The notes under the pieces are model-generated. The model saw only the letters and a program-made list of their open reading frames with translations, was not told the origin of the DNA and made no database searches. Positions 26,536 through 40,344 of a DNA stretch of 64,000 nucleotides are shown one piece after another. Each line of letters starts with the position of its first letter. Position 1 is the stretch's first letter. Both the position numbers and the translations under genes were made by a program. Source of the DNA: Camelus ferus (Eukaryota); NCBI RefSeq assembly GCF_009834535.1, contig NC_045697.1:3660001-3724000 (forward strand). The letters are read 5' to 3'.

Positions 26536-29500
26536 AGTCTTCAAGGACATCAATTCAGTGACTCAGGGGAAAAACAAAAGGCAGTTAAGATTTGCCCACC
26601 AGAACTCAGGGACATCTGGTCGACCCCAGGGGGTGTGGCCAGCTCCGTGCATATGAAGGAGAAAGTCAACGTGATTAGATGTTTAATTGGGCACCTCCGT
26701 GAGCTGATGCACTTGCCCACGTAAGTAATTATGATTTATTAAGCAGCATTCTGCTTATTAAAAGCCTTCTTTTCTCTCTCTGACAAATCATGGGGGCATT
26801 ACTTTGTTTTGAAAAATCATTCCTTCTTTAAAAAAACCATGTGGGTGCCGCTTAATTAATCATTTACCTTCTATAGCAACTTGGAAACAAACTAAATGTG
26901 CAGTGTGCTGAAACGATCTGTTGGAAATTTAAGACAAACTCACCCCCGAAATCACTTCCCACTGCACGGTACCCAGCGAGCACTTGGAAAGGAGGCTGAA
27001 AACAGCAGCGGGCAGCAGCTTGCAGAGGCCACCCCTCTGCACGGGATGCAGGCCGAGGGCGCACGGCAGGGCCTTGCCCAGCGGCCTCTGCTCTGAGCCA
27101 GGCAGCAGCCCCAGCCCTAGGCTGAATCAATCCCACCCACCCCAATGAACCCTGAGTAGATTGTTCCAGAAGATCAGTTTGAAGGGGCACCAACGTCTCG
27201 GCCTGCCTGGGACACGCCACGGCCCCTGCAGGAATTAGGAGACCTCCTCCATCCACTCATTCCTGTGCTACAGTTATTTCCTGAGGTCCTACGACGCACT
27301 GAGCCTTAAATTAGGCATTAGGATGCAGAGGTGAATCAGATGATGCCCCTGCTCCCAACATCGCAACCTCCAGCAGTGGCAGATCGCATCGTGACCAGGA
27401 GAGCATGGCCTGGTCACCTGCTGTCCCCGAGCCTCCACCTCTGCTTCGGGAGCTGGAAGGACAACACAGAGTTGGCCCTCTCCAGGGCGGCCTCCCCACT
27501 TCAGAGCCACAGCCAAGCGGGGCTGGGTGGAAAAGGCAGGCTCAGAATCTGCAGCCTCAGCCCAGCCCCAGGGACACGAAGCCGGCCAGCCTGGGGGGCC
27601 AGTGGCCACTGACACTTCAAGCTGTGAGTGCTTTTCACGGAACTAGCACTAAAATTCATTCCACAGATTTCTGGCCTCTTAAACCAAGTGAAACAAACAC
27701 TGCTATATTTCCACAGGGACACAGAGGCATCCTCTGAGGCCACGTGGTGGGACAGGAGGGGCCTGAGCTGGGGCTGAGCTTGCCTCCACGTCGAGGTCCC
27801 GTCTGCCCTGCAGGGCCTCCTGTGTCCCCTGCAAATTCCCAGCCCGTGACAGTGGTTCTCAAATGCGGCTGCAGATGAGAACCATCTGGGTGCCCAGGCC
27901 TCAGCCCAGACCAACTAAACCAGGCACCCTGGGGTGGAGCCCAGGCAGCAGATACCCTAAAGCCGAACTGGAACCCCTAGATCTGTGAGACATTGGGTCT
28001 TCAAACGCAACATGGCCCCAAAGTCTGACACTGCCCCTGTGTTCAGGAAACTACTATTTCTTTTGGAGACAGAAAAATAGACAGACATACACGCAGACAA
28101 AAAGATCAATCAAATACAGAATGCATATGATAATTGAGGAAACAGGTGGAGGACAGAAGGACACGTTTCAGGAGGGTGACAGGAAGGCCTTGCTGACAAG
28201 ACCCCGAAGTGACACAGGGCCAACACACACTCCAGGTAGAGGGAATCGCGGGGTCACAACCACTGGGGTGGGGAGGGCCTGGCACATTCCAGAAGCTGGG
28301 AAACCATGACTTGCAGAGTGCAGTGGGCAGGGTGAGTGGAGGCCAGGCAAGGAGCTCGGACTTTATGCCAAGTGCACCGGGAAGCCCCAGGATGGTTCTC
28401 CCGGATACAAGCGCAGGCGGGTGGATGAGCAGCAGAGAGGAGCCACGACATCCCAACTGGGAGTTACATTCCCGATATTAATGTCGCCTTCTTGACCTTT
28501 GTCATCAAGTTCCCACCGGCTTCAGAGACTTGAAAACATGCTCAGAGTATGGAATCAAAACTTTTGTTAAATACAGGAAAGGTATCAAATCATTTCTAAA
28601 TTCCCCAGTCTCCTATTTCCAGCCCATACACCGAGCAAAAAGAGAGGGAAAGAATACGCATTGTGTCTAACAAGGCACAGCGTTTTCAATGTCTTTAATC
28701 TCTTGAGAGAGGAATTATTTCAGTGGGCCGAAGCCGCTATCTATAATTAATATCTATGAAAGTTGAACCCAAGAAAAAAAAACTTTTTCAGGCTAAAAAT
28801 CCTCATGTGATTTCTAGGTAATTAACAGCTTGGGCTCCATCGTGTAAAACTGGGCTTCCACCTGAAACCAATTTCCTTTTTGGCTACCAAGGCGGTTCTT
28901 TGAGTGACGCAGAAGAAAGCTATTAGAATCCATTTAGGCAGCACAAATAGGAGGTGACACCTGGCCGAATGGGAGGGGAGCCCGCCAAGTGCAATTAGGA
29001 GACAGAATCTCCTTGTTTGGGTCCCTTTCATTGTTTAGCCCAAACTTCCCCTTCCGCCGAGTCTGAACAACGGCTCGCAAACCTCCAAAGATGAGCTTCT
29101 TCTTCTAGGGGGGCCCTCCTGCTTCCTGGCCGGTCCAGTGGCTCAGCCCACCCTGGCCCTTCTCGGCCCTGCAGGGAGAGCCCCGCGTGACCTGTGGGGG
29201 AGCCAGGCCACCCAGAGGTGCACTGATCTGCCGCTGTCCCCCAGCTGACCTGTGGGAGGGGCAGGCCTGGTACCCTGTCCCCCCTGTTCACCGTGACCCG
29301 CTCTCCAGAATTCTCGACCTGCCCCCAAATCCCACAGCTCTCACCATCCTAAAAGCCAGGCCTCCATTCAAGACCCCGGCCCTGCGGGAGGAGCTGCCCA
29401 GCCAGCGCCCGGAGGCTCCTCTCCGGCTCCTCCTTTAACCCCAGGGTGTTTCTCCCTTTCATCCATTCGGGTGCTGTTGTCACACAGGCCAACACACAAT

Positions 29501-30134
29501 GAAATAATAAGTCACTGAAGAGCAGAAGCCACAGGCCTCGGGCAGTTTTGTCCTGGGTGTGGGGGCCGCACCCCTCCACCCCCCTCAGGGGAACCGCCTT
29601 CCGTTGATAGATACTCAATGAATATTTGCTGATGCGATATCATTCAAAATTAGCCAAAATTTACCTCCAAGTAGCTTAAAAACCTTCATCTTCAGTAAAA
29701 GCAGGCAGACTCAGTCTCACGGTAGGGGCTGTCTGTCCCACGGGCCCCCCCCCCAAGCAGGTCTACAGAAGGATGGGCCGAGAGGCCAGTCGTCAGGCAA
29801 GTTGGTTAAATGTGCTTTAAAAATAACTTTCATTTATCTGCAACTCTCTATGGACTCCTCCACTCACCGGCCTGTTCTACAAACATTCACTGAAACCTGC
29901 TACGCCCAGGGGCTCTGGCACCAGCAAGGCCACAGGGTCCTCAGGCTCCAAGTGGGGACACAGTGTCCCGGGGAGACAGGCGAGGACAGAACCTCATGGT
30001 CTCCAGTGTGTGCTACGGTGCAGGCAAAGCAGGGGACCAGGGGCCAGGAGCCCGGCGGGAGGGCTCCGGGACAGGCAGAGGGTCACAGGTGCAAAGGCCC
30101 AGAGGGAAGAGGGCAAAGGACCTGAGAAGGAGGG

Positions 30135-30361
30135 GTCCTCCAGCCAAGGAGTGCAGGAGCCTCGAGAAACTGCCAAAGGCCAGGGAACGGATTCTCCCCT
30201 GGAGTCTCTGGAAGGAACCAGCTCTGCCCACACCTGGACTTCAGCCCATTGAGACTGACTTTGGACTTCTGACCTCCAGAACCATACGAGGATACAGATA
30301 TGCGGTTCTCAGTCACCAAGTCTGTGTTGTTTGTTACAGCCTCCAAGGAGAGACTGACGCA
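30135..30361 (+). mobile_element. MaLR LTR 3' half (MLT1C/D-like)
   Basis: GGAACGGATTCTCCCCTGGAGTCTCTGGAAGGAACCAGC...GACTTCTGACCTCCAGAAC...TTTGTTACAGC. Confidence 0.8.
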
Positions 30362-33300
30362 GGGAGACGTGGGTGAAGGGCCCGAGCCACAGATCCACCC
30401 CTCTGCCCACCCCTACCGGCCCCAGGTGGATGGGTCCTGGGCTGGGTTTCCACTGGGGAGCAGTGCTCACCATCCACGAAGACAAGGCAAGCTGATCTCG
30501 CCTTCACCTCTGCTTTCTAATGTTTGCCATCAGGTGGAGGCAGGCTGGGGCCACTCAGCAGTGCTTGGCATCACCCCCGCTCTCCCTGAAGTTCGGGCCT
30601 CGAACAGGCTTGCAGCCCAGCACCCAGCCAGCAAAGACAGGCATCCTTCGCGTCCACCAGATGACACGCCCTGCTTGCAACATCACCTTCTAGCACAACT
30701 CTGACTCGGTGCTGACCTCAGCGGCTCTCGGCAAGTCCAGACACCCTGGAATGTGCCGTCTCAGGAAGGGGGTGAGCCTCCCGCTGCTGGAAGGATCCCA
30801 GCTGGGACTCAGTGACCTCTGAGCACCCTGGAAACTCTGAGACCTCTAACTCCACGCCAGGGCTCCTTGTTGGCGACCACCCTGTACACAGTAGGTGCCC
30901 ACGTGGCGTTTGCTGAATGAATCTGCCCAGAGAGCCTTCCCACCCAACAGCTGTTTTTGTGGCAGAAGGAGCTGTGAGCACTGGCTGGCTTCCTTCTCGA
31001 AAACAAGAGGGGACCCATCTGTGATTCACCTTCTACAACTCTTGTCAGACACCCAGGGCCGGAGACTGGAGGCAAAGGCACCAAAACAAAGACTCACAGC
31101 CGATTTCCTGACAGAGAGAATCCAGCCCGACCCATGGCTCGCTCACTGCGGGGAACTTCACAGCTCAGGGGTAGGGATGTGAAATAAAAGCGCTTCAAGG
31201 CTGCTCCAGCCACCCCGGTCCCTAGAGATTCAGCCAGGCCTGGCTCTCCCAGGTCCCACAGGCTCTCTGGGTCTCCCTCTGGAAAGGGCCCTGGCCTGGG
31301 AACCTGCAGTCTTGGTCTAGACCCTGCTCTGCCGCCCACAACTCTGGACTCTGTTCAAACCATTCAACCTCCCAGGGCCTCAGTTTTCTTATCTGTAAAA
31401 TGAGGCCTCTAAGATGCCTTGCGACACCCACGTCCCCTGATTTGACTCAATGGCTCCTGGCTTCTTTGCGTTGAGATCTTGGAAGCATAGGTGCTGAGAG
31501 ACTCAGATCACAGCTTATGAGGGGGAGTGCAGGGTCCCCCGGCTCCAGGCTAGGACAACCACACCAGTCCCTGCCCCACTTCCCTGACAGCCTTCCATCC
31601 ATGTTACCATCTGAGGGTCGCCTCCAGCCTGCCTGGGCCGTCCTCTGGCACCCCCCATCCAGGCACAAGGATCAGTGTCCCAGGAAACATTCACCCCATG
31701 AAGGAGTGCACAGGCCCCAGGGAGGCGAGCACAGGCCACATAGCAGGGGCCTCCTTACTTGGGAGCCGTGTGGATGTGGGGGTGGTCCCCAGCGGAGCTG
31801 ACAGGCTGGGGGGCTTCACCATTCAGCACAGCATCCAAAGCAGAAGCGAGGAGCTGTTTTGGCCTTGACTTGGTCGAAATCACGCATTACAGAACTGACC
31901 CCTCTAGGAGTGCAGGGCACTGGGGGAGGGGAGGGGACATCATCTGGTGGCCATGAGTGTCCTCCCAAGGTGGAAGGATGACCCTCCAACAAGAAAGCTG
32001 GGAGAGAGCAAGGCTGCTGCCCAGCCCTCTAACCACCCCCTCCCCGGTGTCCTCTGCAGGGTCCTACTGGGTCCACAGTTGAGCATGGGGTCCTGGCCTG
32101 ACAACCAGCATTTCAGACCTCTGGCCAAGATGATGGGTTCAGAGCCGGGAGGTAACCCTACCAGTCACTGGGTCTCAGTTCTGGACTTCCACTGGGAATA
32201 CCGGTGGACAGCAGTGTTCTTTAGCCTCAGATTTTCCAGGAGCCATGTCCTGGGGGGGGGGGGGCTGTCCTGAGAAAGAGACCAATACACAGGGAAGCAG
32301 AGCCCAGAGACAGAGACAGAGGCTGAGGGACCGCACCTGCGGCCCCTGGAGCCAGCCACGCCTGAAGTCAGAACCCTGGACTTTCTGGATCTGCAAGTCT
32401 ATGATTCCACTTTTTCACTTAAGCTAGTTGGAGCCGGGTTTCTGTGACTTGTGACCAACAACCTTGCTTCACACACCCCCTTCTGTGCACCACATTACAG
32501 GAGCCGTGGGAACGGCAGGAAATGGGAACATGCACTCCACCCTGTAACCTTAAACCGAACCAGGAAGACCTGACCAGTCGGCCCACACACAGCTTCGTGG
32601 GGACGCACGGTGTGAACAACGCTGCCCGTTAAAGGCTGGGAGGGGACGGCCCCAGCGGGCTGAGTGACAGGAGCCCTTACTCCTGGAGCCCCCCAAACTC
32701 TGCCCCTCCTCTTCTTTCCATGAGAATTACTCTCCCCCACTGGGGGAACAGGGGCTTCTACAGGGTGGCCAGAGATTCAGGGCTCTGGAGGGAATCTGCC
32801 TGCACAGGCCACTGGGAACGTTCTTGATAGAATTAGGCAGAAACAGATACCCGATAACATTCACTACATACTTGCATGACTATAAAAAATTGCCATGACA
32901 TTTTCTTCCAGGTTGAGCAAGAATAAAAGGGATTAAGGGTTAGCTGAGTCTTAGCCACTCGCCCACGCCCCCTCCACCTCCTCACACCCACTTCCCTCTT
33001 AATGATCCGGGGATGTGCATGCACTTGGTGGAATCTCAGGTGGATGATCCACACCTTTTAGAAGGTATCATGACAAATGTGAGGGAAGTGACCATCCCAG
33101 TGTCCCTGCCTGGCTCCTCCACCAGGGCCCCTCCCTTCTGGGTTCTTCTCCCCACTCCCAATTCCCAAACTCACGAAGCTGCACCACAGGCCCGATATTT
33201 GCCCTGCTGTTCCCACTACCTGGATGCCCTCCTTCCCCCCTCTCCTTGTCACCACCTCTAGGAAGCCTTCCCAGGTTTCCCCAGGCAGGGAGTCTTGGCA

Positions 33301-34869
33301 GAGGGCAGGGTGGTTCAGTTGTTCCGGACAGGAGGGTAAGGACACAAAGTCAGAATTTACTGACTTAAGAAAAAAACATAGACACGTGAATTTTCTGGTA
33401 CAGTGAGTTTGTGGCCCTGGCTCAGCCCTGCTATAAAATTCCAGGCATTCTGAGGAGCAGCGGGAGCTCCTGGAAGAGCCTTCCAAAACGCCTCTCTCAC
33501 TGTGGGCTCAGGAATGGCCGATGCGTGTCGGCTGATGGCGGATGCTTGGACTCCCCTTCCTGGACTAAGAGGAGCTGACGCTCACTGGGTGCCAGGCTCA
33601 GTGAGACTTGACTGGGGAGGCCAGGCAGCCCTGAGCAGCAGAGCCACCATCCCAGACACTCCTGGGTCCAGAGCAGGATGGCGGACAGAGGGAGGGAGGG
33701 AGGGAAGGAGGGGGCGCCAAGAACCAGGGTGCCTTCCCTGAGGGCTCCCCTGCGGCCGCCCTGTGCAGCATTGCTAAGGTCACCCTCTAGACCTCCCAAA
33801 AATGCCACCCTCTTTGGGACACCCTCCCTGACCACCAGCTCACTGGGGCCCTTGCTTCCCCTACCCCAGTTAGAGACCCCCCTCACTTGTGAATTTCTTC
33901 ACAGCATCCCTCCCACCTGCCCGTGTCCTTGTGTCCCCAGGTCATCAGGTCTCACCAGGCAGGGACCATGCTTCATCCACCTGGCAGAGGGTCTGGCCGG
34001 AGCAGTTTCTCTATAACTCGCCATCATTGAACAACTCAACCTCTGCAAAAGCCTCTCTGAAACACTCTGGGGCAAATGCCAGTTCAGGCCAAGCCCCAAG
34101 GGCACTGACAAAAACTGCATTGTTGATGAGTAGGGGGCCAGCTGGAGTCGGGGTCCAGGCGCTTCCTGCACCTTCACCCCCTCGGCCTCACCTCCATGCG
34201 GTGGGGCAGGTCCCATCAGCCCCTTTCCGATGAGGAAACAGAGGCCCAGAAGGGCCTGGGAATCCCACCCACCCCAGGAGCCCAGACCCTTCCGCACCGG
34301 TGGGCACCACCCCCAGCACATCAGTGGGGCCCTGGCCTGAGCTCGGAGCCGGGCATCCCTCAGCCCCTCAGGGTCACCAATGTAAGGGGAGGATGTGAGC
34401 CCCCAGCCACAGCTCCAAAGGTGGCATCTTTTCAAGTTTTAAAAAGGTAATATGCTGACTGACTTTGAAGAAAAGACATTCACAGACACAGAACAAAGGT
34501 GACATGGACCCCAAAAAAGCCATTTTGGGGAGCTCTCCCCCAGGGGAGACGTCAGAACCTGGATACCCCTGTGAGGCTGGCCAGGAAGAAACCCTCAAAA
34601 GGCTTGACAGATGGACAATCGAACGAGCGACCAAGCGAGTGACACTTGGAAAGCCACCCATTGGAAAGCCAACCTTCCCAGGTTCCCTCGAGCTGCTCTC
34701 GCCAGGAATGCTCCTCCGTGTTTAAACGCACCCAGAGTCATTCACCTTTGTTGAAAAGCTGAGCCAACCATCTCCTGGGGGTTGTGTTGTGTTTCACGTG
34801 AGTGAAACGAGGCTGGGGCCAGGGAGGCTATTTAAAAGCCCCAACAAGTCACAGTGGCGTCATCAGTAC

Positions 34870-35182
34870 CAGGGTCTTTGTCACCAGCAGAAATCACAGG
34901 GGTTTTCCAGGGCCGGTGAGATTTGTTGCCAGCCTCGAAATGTCGTTCAGACTCATCGCAACTTCAAATCATGGTATCATCACGCTTGCTGCAGACTCTT
35001 GTCAATGTGTTACTAAAGAAATTGGTTTTAATGTTTTGGTAACTACATTGCCATAGACCTGATTTCCTTTTAATCCTACACATTGTATGTTACTCTGATT
35101 ATAAAAACTACATTCTGAGAGAGGCTTCTCTGGACTCGGGGTTGGGGGGAGTCTATGGCACAGAGAGATCTAAGCACCCTTG
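34870..35182. mobile_element. Old hAT-Charlie-type DNA transposon fragment (subfamily uncertain)
   Basis: AGAAATCACAG...CTCGAAATGTCGTT...TTTTAATGTTTTGGTAACT...CATTCTGAGA and terminus GTCTATGGCACAGAGAGATCTAAGCACCCTTG resemble recalled Charlie/MER ends. Confidence 0.5.
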
Positions 35183-35959
35183 TCCAGGATGGGGGTCCTG
35201 GGAGCCAGGAAGCCCCCGGGTGTGTGTCCGGGACAGCCTGTACTGCTGACACGCAGCAAGGCACAGATCACCACCTCCAATCACAGATGAAGAGTGGCTG
35301 CAGGAATGAAATTAACTCCCCAAGCCCCTCAACCGTCCAGTGATACATCAGAAAATAAACTTGGAAGGGGTTAAGCAGCACTGATGGAATAAATGAAGAA
35401 AAACATAAGATTTTTTATTGAGTACTTTATTTTTACGGAGTGAACATTCAATTGCTTAACTGGTCAATGAGGTAGTCAATAGGGAAAAGTGGTTAAAAGC
35501 CGGGAAGGAAGTGAAGTGCACTTGAACTTGATATACAAAGAGTTAACCTGAGGAAAGGCAGCAGCTCCAGACCACACCTCCCTGGACGACTTTCTCTCCC
35601 ACCCCTAGTCTGGTGTGGGATCTGCCAGCCTATTTCTGACTTTCCAGTGGTGACAGATCTGGATTTCCTGGGCTCCAAAGCAGCCCCCTTTCCTTGGGTC
35701 ACACGTGGCAGAATGGAGCGGGGGCGGGGGGGGGGGGCGCATCAGCTGGAACCAGAAACAAAAGCCACTCTCCCTGCAAGGTCTCCCTGCTGTGTCCCTT
35801 CCAGGTACAGGATGGCCCTTAGCACTGTAACTATTTCTCTTCCAAAACCAGATGGCAGCGGATTTCTTTGGGAATTACAACTAAGCGACTAATTGGTAAA
35901 TGGGCAAAACTCAAGGCAGACACAAGAGTGACTTCTGCTCTAGTTAAGACCTCAGGCTC

Positions 35960-36510
35960 AATCAAAAAATTAACACCAAATTAGCATGTGATCCGGCAAT
36001 TCCACTTTGGGGTATACACCCAGAAGAAGTGAAAGCAGGGACTTGAACAGACATTTGAACCCCCATGTCCGTAACAGAACTGTTCACAATAGCAGGGAGG
36101 TGGGAGCAGCCCCAGGGTTGCAGACGGATGGATGGTAGACAAACGTGGTCCATCCACACAGTGAAAAAGAAAGCAGTTCATTCTGACACCTGCTCCAACA
36201 CGGCCAAACCTTGAAGACACCATGCCAAGTGAAATAAGCCCGTCACAAAGGGACAAATACCATTTGATACGAGTTCCCTAAAACAGTCGAATTCACAGAC
36301 AGAAGTAGAATAATGGTTCCTAGAGAGGGTTGGTGTTTAATGGGGGCAGAGTTTCAGTTTGGGAAGAAGAAAAAGTTCCGGGGATGATGGTGGTGACGGC
36401 TGCACAGCAATGTGAATGCACTTACCGCCGCTGAACTGCACACTTAAAAGTGGTTAAGAGGGCAAATTTTAAGTTATTTGTATTTTACTGCCACTAAAAA
36501 AATAATAATA
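35960..36510 (+). mobile_element. L1MB-type 3' end
   Basis: GATCCGGCAATTCCACTTTGGGGTATACACCCAGAAGAAGTGAAAGCAGGGACT...GAACTGCACACTTAAAAGTGGTTAAG, followed by an A-rich tail. Confidence 0.85.
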
Positions 36511-37912
36511 AAGGACAAAAGAATAAAAATATTTCTTGCACTAAAAAAAAATAATAACAGCACTCAGGCTCAAGAGTGAAATCACATCTCAGACCCTTAT
36601 TAGCTGTGAACCTTATTTTCCCCGTCCGTACATTGAATATAAGAATCGTATCTACTCTGTAGGACTGCTTCCGGGGCTCTGCGAGTGAACGCTTGTGATG
36701 CGCTTGGCACAGCAACGGCCACACAAACGGGGACTGTGACCATTAACTTGGCCACTACTCATCAGGCGCAATACGTGAATAATGAGAAATTGTTTTATAA
36801 GATAAAATGACCCCCGAAGCAGCAGCCTGGAGGTGACCCTAAATGCCACGTCTCTCCAGCTAGAAGGCCTGGGTGATGCTATCTCTGCTTCTGACGCTTC
36901 AGAAATCTGTGCGGCACGGAAACCTCATAACGAATCCTTTCCGAATTAAAGCTGATCTGAATAGAAGCAGCCACCCTCGGCGTGGCTCTTTTCTTACTTT
37001 AATTTGAACTTCATTTATCTCGGCACATCAGGAAATGGCCTCGTGCAAGAGATGAGCCCGTTGGAGTCGAGGGGAGCTCCACGTTGCAGGAAATTATCTG
37101 CTTTTGCAAGAAAATCACTAAGGAAGGAGGGTGCTGTTATTTTAAGATCTTTGAGCTGGTGTGAGAAGAAACTAATTAAATGATGGTAATTTTCTGTGCA
37201 AATACAGTAACTGCTACAAAAATGCAAATGAAGAAGGAACTTTTCCACCTCAGAAGCTCATTGGAGCTTTCATTCTTTTATTTTTTCCAGTTCTCCAGTG
37301 AAAGCTCACCTTCAAGCATCCCTATTAAACGTTTAAAGCAACAAACAGAGCTTCATCGGGATAAAGAGGGCACACTACTCGATCTGCGAAGTCCCCATCC
37401 TGGGGCTTTGTCAGTCAGCAGCTCCCCCGGAGAGGCTGCCTGAGTCGGTGCTTTTCAACCCAGCGGAGCAGGTCAGGGATGGCCCGTGGGAACTTGCACG
37501 GGGCAGGGGTGGGGCATTGGCAATCCCCACCGTCCACTCCGTGGAACCGGAAGAGCCACGGGTGTATGTTTACATGGCACTTCTCTGCCCAGAATCCAAG
37601 CTCATCCAAGCTCACACCCAGGACAAGGATGGATTCCCACAGCAAAAGCAGGCTGGGAACAGACTCCCAGGCACGCCTTGCCTTCCAGATGCTGTAGATG
37701 GAGACCTCACCACATCCACAAGGAGAGCCAGGGCTCCCCCGCTCCCTGGGCTTCCAAACCTGGGCAGAAGTTGGCCAGGAACAGGGGCAGGAACAGCTGG
37801 CTTCTCGGGTCATCAGCATCCCTCTGCGCTCCATAAAGCAGTGCAAAGTAGGAGGGTGAGGGCAAAACAGGTCACTAGTAAGAATCTGTAAATAACTCAT
37901 TCTTTGGATGCT

Positions 37913-38053
37913 AGAAAGAAAAGAAAGAAAGAGAGAAAGAGAGAGAGGGAGAGAGAGGGAGAGAGAGAAAGAAAGAAGGAAAGAAGGAAGGAAGGAAGGA
38001 AAGAAAAAAGAAAGAAAAGAAAACAAAAAAAGAAAAGAAAAGAAAAGAGGAAG
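37913..38053 (+). repeat. Compound polypurine microsatellite (GAAA/GA/GGAA/GAAAA)
   Basis: About 140 bp of purines with a single C at ~38024. Confidence 0.95.
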
Positions 38054-40344
38054 CCTCGAAACGGAAGGGAGTTTACAAGCTCCCCCTCCAGGTCTCCCTG
38101 AACTGGAAATGACACTGGGATACTCAGCATTACGCCAACATGTGTTCTAATCGCGGCAGCTCTGTGCTCCCCGGTGTCATTCTCGTGGGTCTTAGCCTGC
38201 CTCTGACAAATAATCATAAAATAAAATTTAAAAACAACAGTAATGCTAAATATGGCCTATGCAAGCACCGAGCTGCATTCTAATCTGAAGGGGCGTGCAG
38301 AAGAATGAAGTTAATTTACGACCTCTTTAAAACACTCTCAGGAACCCTCATCCAACTACAAATTAAATAGCCACTTCATTAAAGTAAAAGTAGATTTGTG
38401 CCATGTGTTCAGGCACTTTATTAACAAGGCTGTTTTTATGTCTTTGAGCCAAGCTTCCTGATCGACCGACCTGTCCTTTCTCTGCCAAGTGCTCCAGGCT
38501 TTTCAGAACCCCAGGCCTCCCGCTCAGCCTTCATGCTCTCACCATGCCAACTTCTTCCTCAGCCCAGGTGACACTGACTTTACTCATCCTTCGGAGCTGC
38601 TCAATCATCACCTCCTCCAGGAAGTCCTCCCTGACCTCCCCAGTACAGATCCTTAGGCCACTGGAATTCTGTGATGAATTCCTGTCCAGACCCAATGGCC
38701 CTCCAGGACAGGGCCATAACTGGTTTTGCTCATCACTGTATCCCTAGCACCTAACAAACCCTCTTAGAAAGCAGCTGCTGTGAGGGCTGATGTGAGGCCT
38801 CTTGTCACCTGGGGCTCTCAGACTCCATGTGATCTCTCCCGGCACGGGGAGAGTGCAGAAGACCCTAGGTGCCTCCCCAAGTACGACACCGCTGGCTCGC
38901 ACGCCGAGACGTCCCTACCCCTGACCACCCAGCGTACGTCTCCACTGCCCATCACCTGCCCAACAACACCAGCTTCCCTCGCTCTCTCATCACTCTCAGT
39001 CCCGCCGCCAGCCCCAAGGTCCCGGACAGGCTTGCTACAGCTGGCGTCCTGACCACAAATGTGGCAGGCACTCAGTGCTGGTCACCACATCCTTTGACCT
39101 TTGTCTCTCTCTCTCGGTGGCCACTGAAGGCCACCAGGACAGAGAAGCACTTCATCTGGGCAGGTGCCCACCAGCCACAGCTCAGCCACCCGAGAACCAG
39201 ACTGCTCTCTTCAATCCAGTCCCCACCCCAAAACGCTGGGAGGCCCACACTGTGGTGGCCTGGAATTCCAAAATATCTCATGGCGATTTCAGCAGACTTA
39301 CATGTAAGACCCTGGAGCCACCAAGCTGGCCTGCAAGAGTGGAGTGGAGCTGTCATCACAAACCACAGCCATCAGAGGCGCGGCTGCAAATCAGCTGGGT
39401 CACCAGGTTCATTCAGGAGCCTGAAGGGCTTTATACGAAGGCCCTTATGGCCTCAGGTCTGGAAGTTGGCCGTGAGCCACCAAGCCAGGGCTGCTCCAGG
39501 AAGGAGAGGCCTCCGGAGCAGGGAGCTGCCCCGCCCCGCCCGTCCTCACCTGAAACCTCTCCCACGCCCACCCTCTCTCTCTGCCCCTCCAGGGCCCTGG
39601 ACCAGGCCCCCCATCGCAGCAGCCTCCCCTCTGAGCCCCTGTGCAGGGTCCCACCTCCACGGCCCCTCACCAGCCCCGCCAAGCACACTGCCTCCAGGGT
39701 GCTGGCCAAAATTCAGCCCAACGCTGTGACCTACAGCCCGTGCTGCAGGCTGGCTCTGCTCAAGCACTTTACGTGGATTATCCCACCTAACGTTCACAAT
39801 AGAGAGACCTGCGAGCCTTCACGTCCCCCAGGACCAAGCCTGAGGCCCAGAGAGCTCAGTCAATCCGCCCCAAGTCTCAGAGCCAAAAAGGAGTAGGGCG
39901 GGGCACCCATCCAGGTGAGCAGGCTCCGAAGCTCAAGCACCAATAGCCACCACCCGCACTGCCATCCTGGGCTCTTCAGCTTCCTGTTTGGGACCTTTTA
40001 GGAGATGACTTCAACCAATGTTTTCCAAACTTCTTCCCTCTGATTTCTCTGCATGCACACACAACGCACTCACTGTCTCCTTGCCCAACACATACATACC
40101 CTCCGACTCCCACCTCCCAGATCTTGCTCAAGCAGTTCCTCACCTAGAATGTTCCTCTCCCATATGCGCCCTCGACTCATTCTATGAGGCCTCCCTGATG
40201 CCACCCCTTCCATGCAGTCTTTCCTGATTTTCCCCACTGAGAACTGTTCATGTCCATCCCTTCTTTCCCTACTGGACTACTCTGAGCTCCACTGTGTTAA
40301 GCACAGAAGATGCAAAGGTAGCTGAGATCCCTTCCCTGCTGCTA

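Noticed and set aside
37904..38150. Lys/Arg/Glu-rich ORFs
   Set aside because: Translation of the purine microsatellite.
38869..39896. 286-aa and 273-aa overlapping ORFs
   Set aside because: Non-ATG starts, no recognisable domain, and composition expected from GC-rich intron.
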